Source: Squalus acanthias (taxonomy: Eukaryota). From it: a stretch of DNA of 64,000 nucleotides. The notes under the pieces were generated by a model that saw only the letters and a program-made list of their open reading frames with translations, did not search any database and was not told the DNA's origin. Positions 12,825 to 24,427 of this stretch are shown one piece after another. Every line of letters begins with the position of its first letter. Position 1 is the stretch's first letter. Position numbers and translations under genes: made by a program. The stretch lies in the NCBI GenBank assembly GCA_030390025.1, contig CM059432.1:41914001-41978000 (forward strand), in the 5' to 3' direction.

Positions 12825-13215
12825 GAAAAGAAAGAACTTGCATTTATAGAACGCCTTTCACAACTAGGACGTCCCAAAGCGCTTTACAGCCAATGAATTA
12901 GTTTTGAAGTGCAGTCACTGTTTTAATGTAAGAAATGCAGCAGTCAATTTACGCACAGCAAGGTGTCTCAAACAGCAATTAAATAAATGATCAGATAATC
13001 TTTTAGTGTTGGTTAAGAGATAAATGTAGACCAGGGCACCGGGAGAATTTTGCTTTTCTTCAGATCTTTTGCGTCCACCTGAGAGGGCAGACGGGACCTC
13101 GGTTTAACATCTCATCGGAAAGGCAGCACCAACGGCAGTGCAGCACTGAAGATGTGCTCAAGACTCTGGAGTGGAACTTCAACCACAACCTTCTGACTAA
13201 GAGGTGAGCATGCTA
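12825..13215 (-). mobile_element. tRNA-derived SINE with Deu-type core (SacSINE1/AmnSINE1-like) and L2-like tail
   Basis: The minus strand reads a tRNA-like head, then ...tttccgatgagatgttaaaccgaggtcccgtctgccctctcaggtggacgcaaaagatc..., ending ataaatgcaagttctttctt. A second copy is at 43213-43640. Family name is from recall. Confidence 0.75.
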
Positions 13216-13974
13216 ACACCGAGCCAAGACTGATGCCTATTAATAATTTCTGCACACATTTCTTGCACCATCTGGCTACTTTGTAGATTCACCCATCATA
13301 GTTATTATCCCTTATCAATAATGTCACTCACTCGAAATTAATTGGTCGCATTTTGCCAAATTGTGACATCTTGACTACATTTCTACTCCTTCAATTTTCT
13401 GATTCATTTAAATGAGAGGAAAGAGTTGGATGTTCTGTTGTAGGAAAATCTGGTTTATGGAGAGCAGACATAGGAATATCTCAAATCTCCCTGGAGTTGT
13501 GGTCCTACCCTGAGGGAGTGGCTCACTGAAATGAGGCGATTGAACTCCATGGATCTCTACATACAAATGAGATTATCTGTCACTTTTCATTGGTACAACC
13601 ATATGTCAGTGTCCCTTTTTAATAATTTTGAGGAAACCTCTTCGGTGTCCTGGGACATCTTTGCAGAAAAATCATCTGAGGGATACAAAAGATGCATCCA
13701 ACAGTGAAGTATAAAGAATGAATGCAAGGAGTTGACCATGTGGTGCACTGTGTTGGAGTACTTGTCAGTGTATGAATTATCATCGATGGGTAAATGTTGG
13801 AAAAACTGAAGTGTTCTGTTCACTGTTGGGAGCTCCAACTAACAGTTTATAAAATTTGAGGTCCAATTGTGTGAATGCTGCTCAGGAGGCCATTTTCATG
13901 GGTCTTAGTCTGTTGGGTTAGGCATCTACTGAACTGGATGAAATAGAGTCACAGAACCAGCTCAGCATGATTTT

Positions 13975-14235
13975 TTTTAAATTATTCATTCATGGGATTT
14001 GGTCGTCGCTGGCAAGGCCAGCATTTATTGCCAATCCCTCATTGCCCTTGAGAAGGTGGTGAGCTGCCGCCTTGACCCGTTGCAGTCTGTGGTGAAGGTA
14101 CTCCCACAGTGCTGTTAGGTAGGAAGTTCCAGGATTTTGACCCAGCGTTGAAGGAACAGCGATATAGTTCCAAGTCAGGATGGCGTGTGACTTGGGGAAC
14201 TTTGAGGTGGTGGTGTTCCGATGTGCCTGCTACCC
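13975..14235 (-). mobile_element. 3' tail fragment of the SINE-headed LINE family
   Basis: Reverse complement of 39520-39779 (caccaccttctcaagggcaat...atgaataa). Confidence 0.8.
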
Positions 14236-15076
14236 TAATACACAAGCAGTAGTGCCATGGGTCAGGGAGGGAAAATCAGGCAAGATTCCAAGGAGCTTTA
14301 TGGATGATGATGATTTTATGTCCTTAATTAGGTGTTTGGCTAGAGTTGGGGAATTATCTAAAACAAATAAGTTTAGGGAAATCTGGGTAATTTCTGTGGG
14401 TGAAACCTGAGGCTACTTTTAACTGAATCAAAGAAAGCCATTGCATATTTAGAGTGCTGTCCCAGGGCTTGGAAGTCAAAAAGTTGCCTCTAAAAATTTG
14501 ATCTTTATGTATTGAGAAACAGATTAAAGTTCTCTATAAAAGACAAATTCGGTTGAAGACGACCACTTAGCTTAAAATATGGTGCTTCTTTCGAGCAATG
14601 ACGATAGAAATTACTGGAAGCAGAGTAAGAAGCATTCCTTCATAGCATGTTCCTGTACCTATTTTATGAAGTTGAAATGGAGAATTGCTTTTTTTTTGTT
14701 CATAATGTGGCTCTTATTCTGTTTCAGGCAGTTCTTATGGATGGTCTGCCCTTCCCAAAGAAAAGGGTGGCTGGGAAACATGAGGACAGAGGATTTGACT
14801 TATCTTGTTTACCTTCTATTCACATCCCGGAAGGGTGACCTATTTTACATGTTTGGCTGGTAATTTCAGCTTGAATAGTGTCAGCCCTTTGCAAGATCTT
14901 AACCCTGAGTTTGCTGGCCATGCCAGGGAAATCTGAAAAGCTTAACCCTTTTTAAAAAAAAAGTTTATTTAATCTAACTGTAAAATATTAGTAGCTTTAT
15001 TACTACTGCAATATTATAAATTTGAAATTCAAAATGGGCTCCCCAGATGGCTGTGGGTGTATACAAGGTATAGATT

Positions 15077-15535
15077 AAGAACATAAGAAATAGGAGCAGG
15101 AGTAGGCCATTTGGCCCTTCGAGTCTGCTCCGCCATTCAATAAGATCATGGCTGATCATCTACCTCAGCTCCACTTTCCTGCACTATCCCCATATCCCTT
15201 GATTCCCTTTAATATTCAGAAATCTATCGATCTCTGTCTTGAATATACTCAACGACTGAGCCTCCACAGCCCTCTGGGGTAGAGAATTCCAAAGATTCAC
15301 CACCCTCTGAATGAAGAAATTTCTCCTCACCTCTGTCCTAAATGGCCGACCCCTTATTCTGAGACTGTGACCCCTGGTTCTAGACTCCCCAGCCAGGGAA
15401 ACGTCCTCCCTGCATCTACCCTGTCAAGCCCTGTAAGAATTTTGTATGTTTCATTCTTCTAAACTCTAGCGAATATAGGCCTAGTCTACTCAATCTCTCC
15501 TCATAGGACAACCCCCCCCCCCCCATCCCAAGAAC
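15077..15535 (-). mobile_element. CR1 LINE 3' fragment
   Basis: aagaacataagaaataggagcaggagtaggcc tail plus the end of ORF2 (RRNFFIQRVVNLWNSLPQ) on the minus strand. Confidence 0.85.
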
Positions 15536-15654
15536 CTTCGTAGATTGATGTGGCACTGAGCAAGACAGACAAGAAAAGCACAGAAGTCAAGTTTTTTGGT
15601 TGCAAGTTACTGAGCAACCTATACGTAAAAATTGATTGCCCAATATTAAATGTA

Positions 15655-16077
15655 CAGGAAACTTTCGTTTATCCGGCATCGACGGGACCGGCGTGGTGCC
15701 GGTTTATTGAAAGTACCGGATAACGGAGAGTTATATCTACCGAGGCTATTTTTAACAGAGACTCCAGGCAACGCGGGAGAATCAACTCCTGCTACTGCAG
15801 TGTTTTGGACTTCCGACAGCGCCAGGAGGCCGAGTAGTGGCACTTTTGAAAAGTACCCCTACTGACTAAATCGGCGTTCGCGGACTCGGACTCTGACTCG
15901 GGATCGGCAACATTGCCGGTTATTTGAGAGGAGTTTTCGGAGCACTCGGCGTTCGCGGAGACTCGACTGCGACTCGGCAACATTGCCGGTTATTTGAGAG
16001 GAGTTTTCGGAGGATGATTTTTGCCGGTTAAGCGAGAATTCCGGATATTTGGGTGCCGGATAAACGAAAGTTTCCTG
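15655..16077. mobile_element. Tc1/mariner (pogo/Tigger-like) MITE, 423 bp
   Basis: Perfect 24-bp TIRs CAGGAAACTTTCGTTTATCCGGCA, TA on both sides (15653-54, 16078-79), and an internal ~70-bp direct repeat. Confidence 0.9.
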
Positions 16078-16129
16078 TACACTCTTCTTCGCAGGGATGC
16101 TTATGATTTAACTAACTTAACAATGGGAG

Positions 16130-16980
16130 AAGGCCATTTGGCCCCTTGAGCCTGAAATAGATCATGGCTGATCTGTACCTCAACTCCATTTACCTGCCTT
16201 TGCTCCATCCTCCTTGATACCCATTGCTAACACAAATCTATCAAGCTCAGTTTTCAAAATTTCAATAGACCCAGCATCCACAGTGTTGTGAGGAAGATAG
16301 TTCTAGATTTCCACTCTCCTGAGGCTTGTTGGAAAAATTCTGATATGGTAAAAGGAAATGTAGTAGCGTGGATGGGAAGTTGGTTGACAGATAGGAAATA
16401 TAATTGGGATAAATGGGTTTTGCTTGGATTGGAGAAGAGTTGGAAATAGTGTACCCATGGGAAATTGTTGGGTCTAATTTTGTTCTCTGTCTTGATAAAG
16501 TGAAAGTGGCAAGTTTGGCAAATGGTGAGAACTGTAAAAGACTTCAGGAAGACATAGCCAGGTCAGCAGAATGGGCAGACAGGTGGCAGATGCAATTTAA
16601 TGTGGCTAAGTGTCAGGTGATACATTTTGGGTGGAAAAACCAGAATAAGTGCATTTAATGGAAAGACATTGAATGATATGGATGAATAGAGACTATTCAA
16701 ATTATTCCCTGAAAGTGAAAGATAAAACCATAAAAAGGCCAATAACATTTTGTATTTTATAAATAGTGGTATAGAGAACAAGACTAAAGGAGTAATAAAT
16801 TTTTACAAAATATTGGTTAGGCTACAGTTAGATTAATGTAGTTTTTGGGAGCCCCATAATATTGAAACAGGAAGATTCAAGGCTAGGGGGAGAGCATGGG
16901 ACAGTGCAATTAGTTTTGTATTGCTGTTGCAGAGTTGGCACAGACATGGGGGCTGAATGGCCCCCTGTACTGTAAACATT
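16130..16980. mobile_element. Old CR1 fragments: 16130-16320 (-) and 16325-16980 (+)
   Basis: A CR1 3' UTR on the minus strand, followed by the RT remnant LQEDIARSAEWADRWQMQFNVAKCQVIHFG and a CR1 tail on the plus strand. Confidence 0.7.
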
Positions 16981-17599
16981 TATGGTTTACTGGTCAATCA
17001 ATAGGGCCCTGTTGTATCGCAGATCTGTCCAATTTGGGCTTGGAATAGTGCATCAACTGCAAAGGGTTGACTTGATTCTGAATTTCCAGTGCTAGGGGTG
17101 TGAGCTTGGCACTCCCTCAACTCTAAAGAGATTCCATTTACCTACCATCCTCACCCACTACGCACAGAGGATAGTTACTCATCATTTGTTAGAATGATAA
17201 CGCATTGGTTTGAGTCCTCCCTAGGTGGACAGTTGGTACTATAATCCCCCATGTGCAGCATAATTCACTAAAATGTCAGTTTGTCACCATCCTTCAAATC
17301 GCACCCATGAAGCTGCACCATCGAGTTCCACCTTTTGGAGATGCACAACTCTGCTTCCCAAACGTGGTAGGTACTGAATCTAAGATATGACTACATACAG
17401 GTTTTTATTCCTTACACCTGCAAAACGCCTTCTAGCCAATGTGAGTTTTGCCTTCAGTGTGGTAGAAGGACCTATATAAAGTGGTTAACATTGTGCAGCA
17501 ATCTTATTGTTCTAGACATTCAAGCTCAGGATATGAAGGGTTTTGGCAAAGATGCATACCTACTGTGAGGCTGACTTCCCCCTCCAGCGTGCACAAGTC

Positions 17600-18200
17600 C
17601 TGCATGCCATCGGATTAACTTGCATTGTCACCTTGGTATATCTCTCTTCAATGACAGCAAAGTGTTACTTTCTGCTTCTCACCTTTGTCCTGAAGGACTG
17701 TCCCCAGATACAGAGATGAATCAGCAATTGGAGTATATGCAACATGTATCCAGCATTGAATACTTTTGAGTTCCCCACTTGAGGCATACAAAGCTACAAT
17801 GCTACACCTGGTAGTACCCACATCATATCTTGTTGGCTTGCCCATTGTTCAAAATAACAGGTAGTGTACACTAGACAAGATCCCCAGATGCATGCCAATA
17901 ACAAAATAGTATCTCCATACAAGTGAAGAAATACTTTCAGATATGCCTGAAACAAGTAAGACCTTCACATGATGCTATCAATACATGATAAAGGCAGCAA
18001 AAAGGATGGGTGACAATGGACAACATTGCTTCACTTTTTCAAGAGTTGTGTTCAGTGAGCCCATCATCTATTCTTACAAATGTCTTGCAGCTAGATAAAA
18101 TCCAAGATTTGGCCTTGCACTTCTAAAATTGATTTTAGTTGAGTTTCTCCTGGACCTAGTAATACTTTGATCTCAAAACGATACCATGATTTTCACAAAG
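17600..18200 (-). mobile_element. Highly degraded non-LTR retrotransposon RT remnant, a different family from the CR1/L2 copies here
   Basis: The minus strand at about 18035-18000 encodes VKQCCPLSPILF (RT GV.QG.PLSP.LF motif), followed by LHLYGD (YADD-like) and SLYLG motifs. Confidence 0.45.
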
Positions 18201-19693
18201 CAAAATCCAGTCGTTTAGAAACCATAACTGCCCTGTGGAGTACGGAGGGAGGTACCTCAACCAGAATCCTAATCATTGGCTTCAGAATGGCAGCACCAAG
18301 GCTGATGGTTACTGGCATTTTTCTCCAAACATCATTATCATTCCTTCACCTAGAGCAACTTTTAGAAATGAATACCATACATGGCAGTTGCCTTACCATT
18401 TGCTGCAGTAGAGTTCATTTCTTCCTATTGAACTGATCCATTCAGTGTTCTTTGTGTAGCATAACTTACCAGTTGTGCAGATAGCTCCTTACTGCATGTT
18501 GTGCCAGATAGCAAATCAGAATAGCCATCTCTCCAGACTCCAAAAAATAACACTTCATCAATTTCTGATCAGTGCTAAGTTGGTTGATCTCAGCTGAGAT
18601 ACTAGAAGTGCCTCAGTGTTACTTTCAGGGAGGGAGAAATCAGCTGGGGTTCTATGTCAGATTGTAACCTGTACCTGTAATAACTTTATTTTTAAAGAGT
18701 TAATACATTTATGGTTCCTGCAACTATTCCAAATCTGGGACCCAAGTGTTTTTTTTTTAAATTGAGAAACCTCAAAGAGGCAAAGTCTTATATAGAGCAT
18801 CACTAAGGTTGAAAAGAATAGAAGAGATGAGGTAAAGTGAGAAGTTTAGATTAGGGGACCCCAATGTTTTAGGATTGAAGGAAGAAGGAAAGTTTAAAGG
18901 ATGTCCCAAAATTTTGAAGTTTAAAGCATCTGATTTACAATAATGAATAATTTAATGAGTTTTCATAATGGGATAAAGCAGGTCCAGCAAGAATATATGA
19001 TGGGTATTAGACAAGCTTCTGCAGTTGTTGGAGCAGTGTTCAGCTGTTGGTTGAAATTGGGTTTTAGAGATAAGGGTCTGGAGTGTCTGCTAGGTTGCGC
19101 TGGTTTTTTTTCAGCGCAATTCACCCGAAATCAGCCAAACCACTGCAAAAGATAGAGGAATTTCAAATGCAAGTTACATCCAGCACATATTCAGTTTCTG
19201 TGATCTTTTGCGCTAGTTTGAAAAACATCATGCTGGAAGCTGGCCCTGCCCACATAACTGAACATGCCCCCAGATCAAATTAATCATCATGGCACGTTTC
19301 CACTAATTGCACCTATTTGTGGGCCTTTGAGGAGGCTCTTAAAATTAACCTTGTTTTATTAGGTGCATGGACACTAATAGGCACCTTTTTAAAATATTTA
19401 ATTTACTAAGAATCTGACTACTCTATCAATGAAACTAGTAAATGGTTCCGTATAGTTTTTTTTAAAATAATTTTCAATCATTTAAAATCGGTTTATTCAC
19501 AGGTGGTGGACAAGACATTTATTAAAAATGCTTATTTTTTGTGATAAACCCTTTTCAGCTGTATTAATAAAACTGCATCAGATTACCACTCAAATATATC
19601 ACGGAATATTTTTTAATGCAAGAAAAAAAAAATTGCGTTCTAAAACACTGCCCGATTGCACTGGTTCATGGAAGATTTTATGTTTGGCAATGT

Positions 19694-20075
19694 GAGGGTA
19701 CGGTAGCATAGTGGTTATGTTACTGGACTTGCAATCCAGAGGCCTGGACTAATGATCCAGAGACGTGAGTTCAAATCCCACCACAGTAGCTGGGGAATTT
19801 AAAACCCATCTGGTTCACTAATATCCTTTGCTGTCCTTACCCGGTCTGGCCTATATGTGATTCCAGACCCACAGCAATATGGTTGACTCTTAACTGCCCT
19901 CTGAAATGGCCTAGCAAGCCATTCAGTTGTAACAAACCGCTACGAAAAGCAATAAGAATAATAAAACGGGATGGACCACCCGGCATCAACCTAGGCACTG
20001 ACTTTGAACACGACAATGGCACACCCAACCCAGTTGACCCTGCAAAATCCTCCTCATCTGGAGACTTGTACTAAA
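19694..20075 (+). mobile_element. 5' portion of the SINE-headed LINE: intact tRNA-like head, core and ORF start
   Basis: A box TAGCATAGTGG (19704-14), B box GTTCAAATCC (19769-78), core ggttcactaat...ggtctggcctatatgtga, then gaccctgcaaaatcctcctc, which is the start of the APE ORF in the other copies. Confidence 0.8.
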
Positions 20076-20234
20076 CAGCAGCAGCCTCTTAATTGACTGG
20101 TATATGAACTCTGTTTAATTAACAATTATACACTGCAGCATAAAGGGACATATACCTACACTTGGTATAGTTTCCCGAACCTTATAATACAGCACATCCT
20201 CTGACTTACTGAGCAGCACCACTGTAGAGTTACT

Positions 20235-20860
20235 TACCGAAACCCTCATCCATGCCTTTTTTTTTGTTACTTCTAGACTTGACTATTCCAATGCTTTCCT
20301 GGCCGGCCTCCCATCTTCCACCCACCATCAACCTGAAATCATTCAAAAATCTGCTGCCTGTATCCTAACTCGTACCAAGTCCCGTTCACCCACCACCCCT
20401 GTGCTCGCTGACCTACATTGGCTCCCGGTTAAGCAACGCCTCGATTTTAAAATTCTCATCCTTGTTTTCTAATCCCTCCGTGGCCTCCTCGCCCCTCCCT
20501 ATCTCTGTAACCTCCACCAGCCCACAACCCCGCCTCGCCCCTCCCTATCTCTGTAACCTCCACCAACCCCGCCTCGCCCCTCCCTATCTCTGTAACCTCC
20601 ACCAGCCCCACAACCCCGCCTCGCCCCTCCCTATCTCTGTAACCTCCACCAGCCCCACAACCCCGCCTTGCCCCTCCCTATCTCTGTAACCTCCACCAAC
20701 CCCGCCTCGCCCCTCCCTATCTCTGTAACCTCCACCAGCCCCACAACCCCGCCTCGCCCCTCCCTATCTCTGTAACCTCCACCAGCCCTATAATCCTCTG
20801 AGATCTCTGCACTCTTCCAATTCTGGCCTCTTGTGCATCTCCGATTTTAACCGCTCCACC
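20235..20860 (+). mobile_element. L2 LINE 3' fragment containing a minisatellite
   Basis: SRLDYSNAFLAGLP...TPVLADLHWLPVKQRLDFKILILVF, the L2 ORF2 C-terminus. Confidence 0.85.
20487..20790. repeat. Minisatellite of 7 copies, 47/39-bp unit, derived from L2
   Basis: The core tatctctgtaacctccacca recurs at 20500, 20546, 20585, 20632, 20679, 20718 and 20765. Confidence 0.95.
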
Positions 20861-23800
20861 AAGGCAGCTGGGGAATTTCAATTCAGTTAATTAAATAAAT
20901 CTGGAATAAAAAGCTAGTATCAGTAATGGTGACCATGAAACTTTCAGATTATCGTAAAAACCCATCTGGTTCATTAATGTCCCTTAGGAAAGGAAATCTG
21001 CCGTCCTTACCTGGTCTGGCCTATATGTGACTCCAGACCCACAGCAATGTGGTTAACTCTTAACTGCCCTCTGAAATGGCCAGCAAGCCACACAGTTGTA
21101 ACAAACCACTACGAAAAACAATAAGAATAAAACTGGATGGACCACCTGGCATCGGCTATGGACACAACAATGGCACACCAGTTGACCCTGCAAAGTCCTC
21201 CTCACCAACATCTGGGGACTTGTGCCAAAATTGGGAGAGCTGCCCCACAGACTAGTCAAGCAACAGCCTGACATAGTCATACTCACAGAATCATACCTTT
21301 CAGCCAATGTCCCAGACTCCTCCATCACCATCCCTGGGTATGTCCTGTCCCGCTGGCAGGACAGACCCACCAGAGGTGGTGGCATAGTGGTATACAGTCG
21401 GGAAGGAGCAGCCCTGGGTGTCCTCAACATTGACTCCAGACCCCATGAAGGCTCATGGCTTCAGGTCAAGCAAAGGCAAGGAAACCTCCTGCTGATTACC
21501 ACCCCTCCCTCAGCTGATGATTCAGTACTCCTCCATGTTGAACACCACTTAGAAGAAGCACTGAGGGTAGCAAGGGCACAGAATGTACTCTGGGTGGGGG
21601 ACTTCGATATCCATCACCAAGAGTGGCTTAGTAGCACCACTACTGACCGGGCTGGCCGAGTCCTGAAGGACATAGCTGCCAGACTGGACCTGCGGCAGGT
21701 GGTGAGAGAACCAACACGAGGGAAAAACCTACTTGAAGTCATCCTCCCTGATCTACCTGTCGCAGATGCATCTGTCTATGACAGTATTGGTAGCAGTGAC
21801 CATTGCACAGTCCTTGGAGACCGGGAGCTGAGCGAAAACGGAGAAAAATAAAGAGCACAGCGGCAGAGGAGGCCCAAGACCAGAAGCAGCGAGAGCGTAG
21901 CAAGATAAAGGGCTCAGTGGCAGAGCAGGCCTGAGACCAGAAGCAGCGGGAGCGGAGCAACATAAAGAGTGTGGCGGCACAGCAGGACCGAGACCAGAAG
22001 TAGTAGGAGCTGAGACCAACCAAACACAGGCAGAAATTGAAAGTGACATCAGAGTAAAAAAACACCGGAAGTGACATCAGCACAAGGGAAGGAGCGAGTT
22101 GGTGAGTAGCTGGTGAGTGTCTTTTTTAAAGAGGCATTTAACTTTTTTTTACCCAGTTTCACTGCTTAGTGCAAGTTAGAGTGTGGAAAAAGAAAAAAAC
22201 TAGAAAGCAGATAATATAAATAAATAATGTAAATAATCTAGACTAAGACATGGCAGAGCAGGTTGTGTGTCTGGACTGCAGTATGTGGGAGTTTGTGGAA
22301 AGCAAGACTGTCTCGAGCAGTAGTTGTCTCCGTCTCGAATCTCTCCGGCTCAGAGTCATTGAGTTGGAGTGTGAGTTGGAGACACTCCGACGCATGAGGG
22401 AGGGGGATGAGTAACTGGACTGTTTGCTCCAGACTTCGCTTACACCTCGTAGAGAGGTGCAGGTTCAGAACGGGGTTGGTGTGACTGATAATGTGCAGAG
22501 TATGGGGATCCCAGGTGAGATAGAGAATGAGGATCCACTGAAACTGATCCTATTCAACAGGTACAATGTACTTGCTACCTGTGAGGATAAGGATAAAGAC
22601 TATCGGTAGGACAGCCAGAATGCAAACCATGGCACTTTGGAGCAGGAGGCTGCCCTAAAGGTGCGGGGGAGGGGGGGGGGGGGAGGAGGAGGAGGGGAAG
22701 CGTAATGTGGTAGTTGTAGGGGATTCAATAATTAGGGGGACAGATAGCATCCTTTGTAAGCAAGATCGAGAGTCCCACATAGTATGTTTGTTGCCTATCT
22801 GGTGCCAGGGTGAGGAACATCTCAAACCAGCTTGAAAGGATATTGGAGAGGGTGGGGGTGTGATCCAGTCGTTGTGGTCCATGTTGGGACCAACAACATA
22901 GGGAAGAGTAGGCAAGAGGCAAGAGGTCCTGTTTGGGGAGTACCAGGAACTAGGAGCTAAATTAAAGAACAGGACCTCAAGGGTTATAATCTCTGGATCA
23001 TTACCTGAGTCATGTGCAAACTGGCATAGGGATAAGCTGATTAGGGAGGTGAACATGTGGCTGTGGGAAAGAGGGGTTCCATTTCATGGGGCACTGGCAC
23101 CAGTATTGGAACAGGAAGGAACTGTACCATTGGGACGGGCTCCACCTGAACCGGTCTGGGACCAGGGTCCTAGCAAAAAGGATAAATAGGGCAGTCACAA
23201 GGACTTTAAACTAGTAAATGGTGGTGGGGGGGCTCAAGTGGAAATTGTAGTACAAATAATAGTTCACAAACAAACAAAAGGGAAGTGAGTAGAGTAACAG
23301 TCAGAAATTGTGCTTTAGGCACTACAGGTAAAGGGAAAACTAAAAGATGTAAAGTGATTAAACCAGGAAACAGAAATAAGAAACATGTGAGTAAAACATT
23401 AGAGCTGAAGGACAGGCTAGGGTGTGGCCCAAATAAGCATTCTTTATACAAACGCACGGAGTATAAGGAATGAACTGCAGGTGCAAATTCAACTTGGAGG
23501 GTATGATATGGTAGCCATTACTGAGACATGGCTGCAAGACGGTCAGGACTGGGAACTAAATGTACCAGGTTATAAAGTCTACAGGAAAGATAGGGAAATG
23601 GTGGAGGGGGAGGAGTAACTTTAGCGATTAAGGATGAAATCACTTCATGATAAGAGAGGATGTAACAAGAGGTAAGCAGGCAGTGGAGACTTTATGGGTA
23701 GAATTAAGAAATAGGAAAGGATTTAAGACTGTAGTGGAAGTTGTGTACAGGCCCCCTGGTAGCAGTTGTGAAGTGCGAGATTGTATAACTGCAAAGATTA

Positions 23801-24050
23801 GACAAGCGTGTAGCAAAGACAGTGGTTTTAATGGGGGATTTTAACTTTGATATAGATTGGGATAAGCAGATTAGCACCTGTCAGAAATGGTAGTGAATTT
23901 CTTGTGTGTGTCTGGGATAGTTTTCTACAACAATATGTCCTAGAACCAACAGGGGGCATGCCATATTAGACTTAGCAATGAGCCAGATTTAGTTAACAGC
24001 CAAATGTGCGGGAACATTTATCTAATAGCGATCATAACATGATCGAGTTC

Positions 24051-24427
24051 GAGATTCTGAAGGGGATTGACAGGGTAGATGCTGAGAGGTTGTTTCCCCT
24101 GGCTGGAGTGTCTAGAACTAGGGGGCATAGTCTCAGGATAAGGGGTAGGTCATTTAAGACTGCAATGAGGAGGAATTTCTTCACTCAGAGGGTTGTGAAT
24201 CTTTGAAATTCTCTGCCCCAGAGAGCTGTGGATATATTTGTCTTGGATATATTACAGTCTTTGAGTATATTCAAGACTGAGATAGATAGATTTTTGGAAT
24301 CAAGGGATATGGAGATCGGGCGGGAAAGTGGAGTTGAGGTGAATGATCAGCCATGATCTTATTGAATGGCAGAGCAGGCTCGAGGGGCCGTATGGCCTAC
24401 TGCTGCTCCTATTTCTTATGTTCTTAT
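24051..24427 (+). mobile_element. CR1 3' fragment nested in the endonuclease region of the CR1 copy
   Basis: Interrupts SDHNMIEF|NVVFE with ILKGIDRVDAERLFPL...tatttcttatgttcttat. Confidence 0.85.

Noticed and set aside
19697..19785. Possible tRNA gene
   Set aside because: It has A/B boxes but no convincing cloverleaf and continues into a repeat body, so it is a SINE-type head.
20487..20790. CRISPR-like regularly spaced repeat
   Set aside because: There are no unique spacers and no cas genes, and the context is eukaryotic. It is an L2-derived minisatellite.
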